A model generated the notes under the pieces. It saw only the letters and a program-made list of their open reading frames with translations, searched no databases and had not been told where the DNA came from. From assembly GCA_027604505.1 (NCBI GenBank), contig JADIIX010000179.1:1-37280 (forward strand): a stretch of DNA of 37,280 nucleotides, given 5' to 3'. Shown in pieces: positions 25,501 to 35,974 of this stretch. The translations under genes and the position numbers were made by a program. The DNA is from Gonapodya sp. JEL0774 (taxonomy: Eukaryota). Every line of letters starts with the position of its first letter. Positions within the stretch are counted from its first letter, which is position 1.

Positions 25501-27106
25501 AAAACCACAGGAAATGGTGAACGGCACACCAGTAGGATTCTCTCCACCGAAGTTGACATTTGCCCTCAAATACGTATGTCGCCCCCCATATGCTGGGTTT
25601 GTAGTATCTACATCAGCACCTTCAGAGGGGAAATAGAACGATCAGAACATGCTTTTGGCTCCCAAAATATACTCTCTTGCATCAAAACAGAGTGACTTTA
25701 GACTTACCTGGGGCTGCTTGACCAATAGCAACTGGATTCAAGGTGATTGACTGTGGTGGATTCGAGGGACCAGCTCCAGAAGGCTCTGGAGCAGGTGGAG
25801 TGCTTGGTTTCATAGGCTGTGGAGCAGGGGCTGAGTTGACGTAGTTGTGGAAAGAGCCAGAGTAACAGAGTTGGATTGAACAGAAGTATAGGTTTCGGAC
25901 GGAGGTCAAGGGCGACGTAGTGATGACGGGTAGACAGGGGAGACAATAAACAGGATTAATTAAAGACGTGGTGAAAGCTGACAAGATTTCCAATTGCACT
26001 TTGTACACACCGTTTGGGCGTCGAGGTGGGACTTGCACGTAAGACGGTGGCAGTAGAGCTGAAGTTGGCTCCTCCCTCGCATGCAAACCCGGTGGTGGTG
26101 CGCTTGGACGTAGAAGTGGTGAGAGAAAGGATGGTGTAGATGGAGTTGGGGGAGGTGTAGGTGGAGGCCGGGAGAACAGACTTGGTGCACATGGTGGAGA
26201 GATGTAATGTGCCAAGGGTATTGCATCTTCAGGTGATGAAGGAGGAGACTGCAGAGGTGCAGGGGGCAATGCGGGATTTAAGTGAGGTGATGCCAGAGGT
26301 GCTTGAGGTAACTCAGGATGGGGGTGAGGTGATGTCATTGGTGTGGTAAATGATGGGGAATCAGAGTAAAACATAGAGTCTGTTGGAGAAATTGAAGAGA
26401 GTAGAATTTGGGGTTAAGCGGTGTTTGCAAAGTCAGAGTTGTCATGCAGGTAGTCGATGTTCAAAATGAAGAAAGGTGATGTGGGTATGTCGTAGGCAGA
26501 ATTGCTGGTAAATTCAATCTCAAAGAAACACTCACCGTCAAGATTCATATGCAAATCTTGATCGTCAAATTCCGAGATTTCGTCGTCGTCGTTGGTGCGA
26601 GGGCCACGATTCCTCCTTTGTCCACTCTGTAGAAAGGAATTAAATAGGAGTGGTCGAGGAATTGGGGATACGTGAAGAAGACACAAGTCAGATCCAGAAG
26701 ATCAAAAGCAAAAAACTATGATGTTGCATGACAAATATACCTTTTGCACTCCAAGATAAGGGCAGCTCCCATTGGAGCGTGTGGTGTGACCCAACCACCC
26801 ACATAAGGCACAGAGTGGTGGCAGATGTTGAACTGGTGGGCACTTCCGACTATGCTGCCTGCGAGCCTCCCAGCAGGTCTTTGCAATGGTGCACCGAGCT
26901 CCTGACCTCCTGCGCGGCTCCTCTGTCAATGATGTGGCGCCTCTTCTTGCACGATATTCGTCCATGTGCCTTCCCTCTGCCAACAACTGCTCATTCCTGG
27001 CTTTGTCTTCAGCTTTCTTTGCCGCCCGCCTTTCCCTCCATCTTATTGTCTTGGCAGAGGGTGATGCCCTGTTGCGGCAAATGGGACGTGCGACATCTGA
27101 TGCCAT
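22519..27106 (-). CDS. Fanzor1 (eukaryotic TnpB-like RuvC RNA-guided endonuclease), 13 exons, about 1,143 aa
   Basis: Exons: 27106-26741, 26626-26536, 26379-25708, 25619-25438, 25351-24983, 24898-24739, 24607-24422, 24321-23811, 23727-23422, 23322-23155, 23085-22965, 22899-22730, 22648-22519. All introns are GT-AG and phases are consistent. Motifs: FRTDGVGVRISM, RuvC-I VASCDPGR, VVAWGAAEF, RuvC-II LVLIDEFRTSRICSRC, zinc finger CSRC...CSTWGC, RuvC-III WNRDRNAARNI. The RuvC half is more certain than linkage of the N-terminal exons. Confidence 0.9.
24339..24358 (+). repeat. A20 homopolymer (U-tract in a Fanzor intron)
   Basis: Twenty consecutive A inside intron 24322-24421, just before a CTAAT branch-point-like motif on the minus strand. 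Confidence 0.9.
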
Positions 27107-27220
27107 GTACTTGCTCTAGAGGGAAGTGACGTAAAACTTGGGCTTAATCACACAGGCCTTTTGAGCGCCTAACTTGCCGCATTTGCCGCACTTGCCACTC
27201 ATTTGCTTTTGCATGACTGA

Positions 27221-27316
27221 GCACATGACTGTGTGCAACGTGGGAAAGAGAAAATAATGACGTGTCCAGCAGATGACTGTGTGCAACGTGGGAAAGAGTA
27301 AATAATGACGTGTCCA
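27221..27316. repeat. Two 48-bp tandem repeats upstream of the Fanzor start codon
   Basis: GCA(C/G)ATGACTGTGTGCAACGTGGGAAAGAG(A/T)AAATAATGACGTGTCCA at 27221 and 27269, with 2 mismatches. Confidence 0.95.
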
Positions 27317-27497
27317 CAGTCACAGCTTGCTCCCTGTAATCAGCGCAAGAAAATCCACGTGAGCTCAAGAAGTTTTGAAGTGTGTCTCCGCGCTGTGTTG
27401 GAAAGTGGTCTCATGGGGTCGGTCGAAAGAACAATGATGAACGGATTCGCGAAGCTCTTGATTCTGAGGGAGACTGACGGTGTCTAGACTGGACCCT

Positions 27498-28700
27498 TTA
27501 AACTCATTACTAATTTCTCTATACTGTGTAACGTATGCCTTCACGTGTGGAGAAGCTCTTTCCACTGAGGTGTCTGCTGGGCCTGGCAGATTACCGTTGG
27601 TGGAAAAGTTTGCACACTATCTGGAAAAAAGATTTTAGTTTAAACAAATTAGTTAAGCATGCCGTTGTGAAAGCAGGGTAAGGGGGCCTTGGCCTAATCG
27701 ACAGCCTTATTCCCTGGCATTTGGACCATGTACCAGGTCGACCTTTTGAATTCAGCACCGCGCAGCGCAAAATTTACTTTTGGATACGGGAAATGGCTAT
27801 TATTGTGTTGATTCCAAGTTTCAACATGCTTTACTGAAGTGTTACCAAATTATATGATGTACATTCCCACAAAAAAGTTGGTTTCCTGAGATTCGCAAGT
27901 GTTTCGAAGACAGGTCGCTCAACGGGGAAGAGGGATGAAACATGCAGTTGACACTCATTAAGCACCGTTTAATTGTGTGTTTGTAGAGCTCAAGCTCGCT
28001 TAAATCTGTTCACAGGTTCCTGAGAAAACTGTGGTTGACGGTTTTGGTGACACAGCAGCACCCCACCCCAAAAACTGAACGTGGCTCCTTGCACTCAGCA
28101 ATTCTCAAAGTCGAATCAAAAATACTGAGACGAGGTTTCGGTAGATGGGCGAGGGTGGGGGGCAAGAAGGAGGTGCCGGCGAACTGCGGTAGTGTGTCGT
28201 GTGAGGTCTTGTTTGGAGAGGATCACTTGGCTTTCGTGAAATCACCTGTGTGTTGGCACACTTCCAATGATGTATGCAACTGGTTCTGTGAATTGCGGGT
28301 GATGGCGGTGAGGGCAAAGGAGAAAGAAACCCGCAAGTTGATCGGGACAATGTTGGACCTTAACAGAGAATGACGTGAGTGATACCTCACAACAACGTAC
28401 CAAAAAGCTTCCAAATTTGCCTTCGTGACTCCAGATTCCCAAGTTCCGGTGAAACCATGGAAGTAGGGTGGTTGGCGTCGTATGCTGAACCCCAGGTGTG
28501 ACCAGGCGTCAAACGCAATCGGGCAACACAGGAAGCACATCGCACTCACATCTGTACTGAATGAAGTCTTGGATTCGGCAAATCAATGGGCCTTGAATCC
28601 AATGGAGCGGTTTGAGAGATGATAAACCGCTATGGAGTCTAGACACGACGAGGACGAGGGGAGAAGGCGGGGGCGGATGTGGAAGCGCGGGAATCACACG
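27498..28700 (-). CDS. Possible intron-rich orphan gene, structure unresolved
   Basis: Several minus-strand GTGAGT/GTACGT donors and YAG acceptors alternate with short open segments. No recognisable domain. Confidence 0.25.
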
Positions 28701-29557
28701 GGTATGGTTGTTGAAATATTGCAGACAGGGGGATTGTGGCTTTTAGTCGGGATTTGAATTTATATGTCAGTCCGTCTCTGAGTTTGAAGAATATGAGAAC
28801 CCCCCCCCCTCCCGTCCAAGATGCTGTGACCCTAATATTTTGTGTCGGTCACAAGAATCGCTGCCACATGGGCTGAATGCCTGCTGCCTTTTCGACGGCC
28901 TGCATTCCCTTCTGTTCCATGCAATTCGAGGCCCGTTTTCTCTTTGTCGCCCCCATCACTTCGCTTTCTCATGCCTTTTTTTGCCCCATCTTCCCTCCCG
29001 AGGGCGAATCGGCCTCAAATCAGCTTTGGACCGGTGACTGTCCCCCCTCCCCCCGCCCACTTCTCAATCTCGAGTCACCAGCTGCACCCTCCAATCGCCT
29101 TCTTTGTCTCATTTTGAAGCATTGGATGCCGCCTATGCAACTCGGGGGGCATCCTCGGAGATGCCTCGGTTGGCAACTAAATAACTGTTCAGTGACTGGA
29201 TTCGTCACGAACAGATCCAGACGCAGTCAACGCAGGTTGTTGTCGTATAAACTCAGCCAAGCAGAAGCTGGAGCTTCCTTTTGAGTAAAAATTGCAGCTT
29301 ACATTTTGCCGCGTCTGCCTCCTCTAATTGTGCCTGCTCGCTTTTCTTCACCTGAACATGGGACCGTCTCTCATTCATCGGATACCATTCAAGTGTGGCT
29401 GCATGGAACGTCCTCAACCAATGCTCAGTGGCTGGTGAGCACAACTGTTGTTCGATAGATTTGTGAAAGTGCCGCCGCCCCACCCTCTCTGCTCATTCTT
29501 TCTCAGTCTGATCCCGTGTCTTCATGTTTAGCATTCCACTTCAATTTTGATGTTGGG

Positions 29558-29835
29558 CATTGAGCATCGCGGAGCGTCAAAGGTCGTCTGGTGTAAGGTG
29601 GTCTACCTAGTGGCATTTTTACCGTCGCCGGGACAGGCGCCAAACGCTTGTACGTACCGGAGATGCCGAGCTGTACAGAGGTCAAAAGGCCTCAATGTTG
29701 TTGGTGGACATTGAGCATCGCGGAGCGTCAAAGGTTGTCTGGTGTAAGGTGGTCTACCTAGTGGCATTTTTACCGACACCGGGACAGGCGCCAAACGCTT
29801 GTACGTACCGGAGATGCCGAGCTGTGCAGAGGTCA
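29558..29835. repeat. Near-tandem duplication of 127 bp (period 151)
   Basis: 29558-29684 and 29709-29835 differ at about 4 positions. Confidence 0.95.
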
Positions 29836-31525
29836 GGCTGCCCACCGCAGCACGAAAAGTGAAGGTCACATATAAATTGTCTGTACTGCTCATCCCGCCT
29901 TTATTTTCCCTGACGCCGCGATGATTTGCAGCGGTGGAGTCAGGCAGAGCTGCGGCCTCCAGTCCAAACCACACCGCTCTGCCTCGACTTTCCACTCCCC
30001 TGTCTACCCTTCTCTCCCTCGGCACCCTCAGCATCAGCAAACTTTCCTTTTTGCCCCCAACCCCTTTTTCTCCTGTTATCTTGGTGCGTCTGTGCCAATC
30101 TCGTTCCACTCGTTCACTAGCACCTCCATTCCCCCCCTATGTTCCCTCCCGTGAGTGAGTGCCAAGACTCCTGTTGCAAATTGGAGTCAATGCTGTTGTG
30201 CCGAGAAGCTACCCGGGAATGATGGAGCCAGGTGAGTGGGTGGTAATGTGTGCGGCGAACCGGAGAGTCGGTCCCCGTGACATGGAGCATCTCGCTATCT
30301 GCATCTCTTTTTTGCTGCGTTGTACCTCTTTCATGGCTCCCATCCCTCTCTGGTTCCTTCCCTTGTCCCCTCCCCAGACTCACGGCAATCCGTCCCGAAC
30401 CACCTCACTCCACCTTATTACCCATATCCAATCCGTTACACCAATTGAAACAGCAGCGCAGAGAATGAAACTCCGATCCACGTGAGACCGAAACCTGGGG
30501 GGCACAGGCCAGTGAAAGTTGGCGGCGACAGGCTGACAGTGGCGTCATTGTCTGCGCGTGGCATGGGGTGCGGGCTATCAGGCAAAAGGGGAAGAAGAAG
30601 AATGGACACAATGGATTTCTGCGAGTGCCGAACAGGTGAGTGAGGCCAGTGGGAATGCGAGGTGACCGTAAGGGAGGAAGTGCGGCATGTTAAAATGAAG
30701 AACTTGTGCTCTCCATATAAATTGCGTAGATGAACGTTGAGATGCATGTCAGGATCAGTGTGAATTCAGGTGAGTGGTGTTCAAGCGGGAAGGGCGAGGC
30801 AAACAGGGTAGCGGTGAGAGCGGCGTGGTCTGGCAGTGACGGGAAGGGGAGCGGGAACGGGAACAGGTGAGGGGGAGTACGGTGGGCCTGGGGGCGACGG
30901 GAAGCGGAACGGGAACGGGAACAGGTGGCGGAGAGTGCGGTGTGGTCTGGGGGTATCAGGAAGGTGAGGGACGTTCGGAACTGTACACACTACACAGGCG
31001 CTCAAGAGGAGGCAAAAGTGAACATCATGGACAGTGAACAGGGGAAGACCTTGTGGGACTTGGGGCACGCAGGAGCAATCGAATGTTATTAAAGCACCAA
31101 AGGGAGGAGATGGGTACTTGAGAGCCGACGGCACATTATCTTTGTCAGTTGCAGTAGGGTTTGTAATCAAAATTAGGAGTCCCTGTTTTTTTGGCGCTTC
31201 GCGCGAATGACAATCGGACCAGTGGTCCAGATACGGTGATACTGCCCCCTGTGACGCCACCCAGGCGTCGACGAACCGATTTCATTTTCTGGAGGGATAG
31301 TAAATTCCACAAACGCAGTCCGCGTCAAGTAAGAGAGATTCAGCCGTGCTCCGTGTTTTTTCCGGCAGTTTGCTCATGCCAGTTTTAGCCTCCGTTTCAC
31401 CCACCAAGACCCTCCAACAGCCTCTGCCGACCGCCGCCACCCGCCTTCACCTCTCAACTTCTCGCGCGTGCATCTTTCACATATTGTCTCCCTCTCATTG
31501 TCCTTCTACCATCGCACCATCTTCC

Positions 31526-33208
31526 ATGGCGAAGCGCAATGTCAAAAGAGAGCCATTCAAATCGGACTTGTCGCAATGGGAGGACTTGGGGGAACTGGAG
31601 GAAGATGGAATGATGTATGCCAGTGGCAAGGGAAAAGAGCAGGAAGTGGAGGTTCCCTCCTCCACTGCGAAATGGAAACGTACACACTACTCACGCGCAC
31701 GAGCTGCACCTCAGCGTTACGGTTTCACTTCCCCGCCTACCATCGCAGTTAAATTCAAACAACCCGCACGGCGCAACCGCAACCAATCACCAAAAGATGT
31801 GGAAATCAAACCACGCAAAGCAACACCTACCGTCCGGCAGAAGCGATCCCAGCCCAAAGACAATCGCAAGGAAACCCCGCCTGAACCTGATTTGTCCGAC
31901 GAATGTGAAATTCCCAACTGGTCTGAGTGGGAGAGCTTGGGGGAATGGGAAGAATCAGACGCAAGATCCGCCAGGGCTGTCGACGGAATGGAATTGGAAG
32001 TCCTCCCAGTAGTTTGGGTGAGTCGCACTGCAACGAGGATTGATTGATGGTGTGTTGGCTCCTATTTTGCATTTCAGGTGCCCCAAAAAGACCCACTACG
32101 CCTACCACACATCAAATACAGCACTCTGGTGCAACATTCACGCACGAAGGTCAACCAGAAGAAGGACTCGGCTGTGCTCAACAACATGGACCGCTCCAAC
32201 ATTACCCTCCAAATCGACAAGACCGTCACCTTGTCAGACGGACATCTGCTTGGTCAGCACAAATCGAATGTAGTTCCCCCGGAGGAGAGGCCTTATTGGA
32301 GAATGGCGCTTAGGACAGTCCGTTATAGGCCCAAAGGAAAGGCAGACAAAGCACTCTATCTGGGGGGGTGGGGAAAATACGCCCAAAGATTCCGGCCTAC
32401 AAGGGACACTCGGATCCTTTCCAGGACTCATCAGAGTATCCGTTGGTCCAAAGTCAACGGAAAGCACGTGCTTTTAGTTGCGGGGAGGAGCTCCCTCTAT
32501 GCAGGGAATCTTTCTCTCTCCTTTGACCGTCGGCACTACAAACGGCAGATTAAGTATAACAAGGCGCTGCAGGATGATGTCAAGAAGCGTCTTCGTGGCA
32601 AAGATAAGAGTACTTGGCGCATGCCAGGAAAGTCGCACACAACCTGTGGCATTATCACTGGAGATGTGGAGCGGGCGTCTGTGGATCAAAACCACCAAGG
32701 TCACACTGACCCTAGGGATTACCCAAAGGACAGAACTGTCTGCATCTTCAGTGGGAAGGACTGCCAGGACTGTGAGAATAAGGGGCATGTCCTGTCCACC
32801 CTGATTCCTGAACCGGATGGGACAAACACCTTGCATCATTTCAGAGCTGCTCCAGGAGACGCCATACTTTTAGCGTCAGCGGCATTGCCACATATGTTGT
32901 GGTCGCAGTGCGAATCGTGCGTAGAAGGGTTTGCCACCTTTGTGCACTTCACCCACACCGAGGACCACCGTGCTGCGAAGGAGGCGTATGAGAAGCGGTA
33001 CGCAAAGCAAACACCAGAGGAGGAAGCTCAGGCCCGCGCAGAGTTCAACAAGTTTGGCAAAAGGAGGGGTAGACAGTCCAGGGAGAAAAAGAAGGTGCGG
33101 GAGAAGACTGAGAAGAACAGGAAACGTAAGCGGTCAAAGAAGGACAGGGCTTTGGTGAAGAAGAGGAAGTTGGAGGAGCTTCAGGTGACCAGCGAGATGG
33201 CAGGTTAA
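31526..33208 (+). CDS. TET/JBP-like Fe(II) dioxygenase (DSBH fold), about 540 aa, 2 exons
   Basis: Exons 31526-32017 and 32078-33208 with a 60-nt GTGAGT...CAG intron. Motifs LYLGGWGKY, HTDPRD (HxD..D), PGDAILLASAALPH (distal His) and terminal strand TFVHFTH, plus a strongly basic NLS-like tail. Family assigned from motif pattern only. Confidence 0.72.
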
Positions 33209-33570
33209 GCGTTGGAGAGTTGATGCCCCGAGGAAAGATGGCGCCTGTGATGGGGAGTTCCCGGAGTTTGGGATTTGAATCGTGCTAATTTTCGATGGAA
33301 TACATGCGCTATGAGGGTTAAGCGAACAGTATGTACAGTGCGGTAACTAGAATGTATTTCGAGAGTGTACAAGATACGTGAAAGTGAGACCACTGCCGTC
33401 CGACCCCTGCCTGCCTCTCCGTCCCGCACGCCCCCTCGCCCCAACAGCCGCCCCCGCAAGGCCACCAGTTCACCACTGCGCAGTCCTCGCGCAGGTAAGG
33501 TCCGGTGATCGTATTGTTTCCAGGCGTCTTACATGACTCGCAGGGACTTCTGTCAGTGGAAACGTGTCAC

Positions 33571-34895
33571 CTAATCGCATTTGAATCTCAAACCAGGATG
33601 GCCTTCACCACCAAGCCAGAGGAAGGAGGAAGCTGGGATGGGGGTGCTTGCTCGAGGTACCCGTGGTCGAAATGCCAGGGCTTGTAGAAATTTGAATAGA
33701 GCTTGAAGGCAAGACAACCCATCCTCTCGCCATTGATCTGCACGGTAAACAAACACCGCTCGTGCAGGGGGTCCATCAACGTATGACTGTTTATATGTAT
33801 ATCAAGTGTAACAAATCCAAATACATTCAAGCCAGACAAATATTTATTCACCACCAGCCAACTCGCGCTTGTTCTCTTTTTCCTCGTCCGCCTTCCTGTA
33901 CCGCTTTCTGGCCTCCTCCAACGCTACGGTGCTCTCATCCCTCTCCACCCTCCGCTTCGAATTCCTCACGGTGACGGCGTTGGTTGCTTGTCTCTGGAGG
34001 GAGAGGGAGCGGAGGGTGGGGGGCGGGGGTAAGAACATGCCGGTTGGAAGGTACAGGAGTCCGTCATAAAGGAGAGATTTCTTTGAGGACGCGGCGGATG
34101 TTTGTACAGCAGGGTCAACGAGAACAGCGTGACAGCAGAACAAATATAGTATGAAACGAAACAATCAATAAAACAGCCAACTCACTGTGCGGTTTATCTC
34201 TTCCAGCATCGTGTAGACAGGCTCAGGAGTGAGCCTGTACATATCGGAGGAGAAGAATTTGTCCATGTGTCCTTGCAGAGAGAGCGCAGTGCTGTCCAAG
34301 TCCTTCATCAATGTGCCCAATCTTCGCCGTTCTTTGCTGCGGTAGGCAAGTGTCGTCCATTTTGAGTGGACAGCCCGGCTAACCTGCACGAGCAGGTCGT
34401 GGCTGGCGACAATGAAGGATGATGAGGAAAATCATTGTAGACCGAGGAAATAACTGGTGGGGAAGTGTCCCAATCTCACCTATACATTGCGCGGCGTTGG
34501 CGCACGTCCACCTTGTCATATATGCCCCACCCGGACCTGGGTATCTTGGTTGGATCCGCCGAGGGTGGGGTGGGGAGCTTGATGTCGTCGGGGTCCGCGA
34601 TGGGAGGGTTGGGAGTCCCAGTGAAGACCCGTCCCCCAAGAACCAGAGGTTTGGAGGAGGGGTACTGGCGAGGACCGTGAAGAACAACACATTTCGCGAT
34701 TTTAGATAAGAACAGGCACAGGGCGCATGAAGCCTGGGCAACAAACTCACCACCGGCGTTGGTGCAGCGAGGTTCCGCCCAAGTCGACGGTCCTTGCGCG
34801 AACGCTGGCATAGGGAATCGAGGAAAAGGGACAACAAGAGGGGGAATCGAGGGAAGCAGCGGTGATTCGGTGGGAGAAAGGGCCAAATCAATCAA
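33571..34895 (-). CDS. Multi-exon orphan gene of unknown function, convergent with the TET-like gene
   Basis: Phase-consistent splicing joins ...GWGIYDKVDVRQRRAMYS|HDLLVQVSRAVHSKW...MLEEINRT to ...LLYDGLLYLPTG...EEARKRYRKADEEKENKRELAG. Both ends are uncertain. Confidence 0.4.
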
Positions 34896-35974
34896 AGAAT
34901 GGGGTGGGGAACTGCAGTCACACGGTCTGCCAGGTGGACCCAGGCGCAGGACCAGATGTGACGAGACACACGGAGACTTGGCGACACCATGCTACTCACA
35001 TAATGGGTAGCTTGCACCTGCATTGCACGAGTAACAGTTCTTTCGGTGGAACGCTCTCGAATCAATTTACGTGTGCGTTGTTATACGGGCAGAGATGTGG
35101 CGAAGAGATGATGGAGCGACTCACAGAAACCAACCAGCACTTCCAACCACATTTCCCATGTATTCGCTCAATCTACCCCATGATCCGGGATCATTTTTGC
35201 ATGGAAACAAAATGTATGTGTTTGCGAATTTATTTTCAGCCCTGGAGATGCGATGGATTCAGAAATACTCAGCCTGTATTGGAAAAAGTCCGTTCACATC
35301 TTCACACCACAGAGCACAGTCCACCTAACCCGCATATAAAAGCGCACCCACCAACCAATCCAGCAACATTTCCTTTAGTTTCTCCTACTGTGAACTACCA
35401 CATGACACCTGCTCGTTCTGTGAGTTTGCCAGCCCAACACCGCTTTGCCATCTACATTCCGCTTCACCCCTATTCGATCTGAGTCTTCGTGTCCTCATTC
35501 TCGGCGTCCTCCACTACAGACAAAACGCAGCCGGCAAGCGAAGCTCACCGTGGCGAACGATCGGACATCAAACGCGAGAGGCACGAGGAGAACAGACGAG
35601 AAGGAAGCAGACACAATCTCGTGAGTGCAACCGTCAATTCCCTCTCAACCTGGTTTTTTCAAGTTGATTCAAACATTGACTGTACTGCACAGGGATTCTG
35701 TCCGGTCTGCCGCATCATCGGATGCCAATCGAGGAAACGAACCTGGTGGACAGGCTGCGTACGTTCCTTTGTGGATCGATTCCTTCCCTTCAATCTTGAC
35801 CGCTCACCGCATTATCGCATTGCTTTTTCCTTGTCACTGTCCAACTTCTCCTTCATGACCACAGGAGTGGGAACGCGGCAGGTGGTGATCAGGTGCGTGC
35901 GAACTGCTTTCGATCGAAGTACAAGCCACGGACGTACCGGACTTGAATTGACATGGGCCGCTCCAACCCGCAAG

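Larger units (their letters stand above)
22250..27497 (-). mobile_element. Putative non-autonomous Fanzor1-carrying DNA transposon with a TTAA target duplication
   Basis: TTAA(22246-22249)|AGGTCCCTA ... TAGACTGGACCCT|TTAA(27498-27501). Short imperfect inverted ends bracket the Fanzor gene, its upstream repeats and the omegaRNA candidate. No transposase lies inside. Confidence 0.45.

Noticed and set aside
27221..27316. 48-bp repeats beside a RuvC nuclease as a possible CRISPR-like array
   Set aside because: Only two directly adjacent copies with no unique spacers, in a eukaryotic context.
30100..31500. Pro/Gly-rich ORFs and GGGAAC iterations
   Set aside because: Low-complexity, strand-skewed sequence with no supportable gene model.
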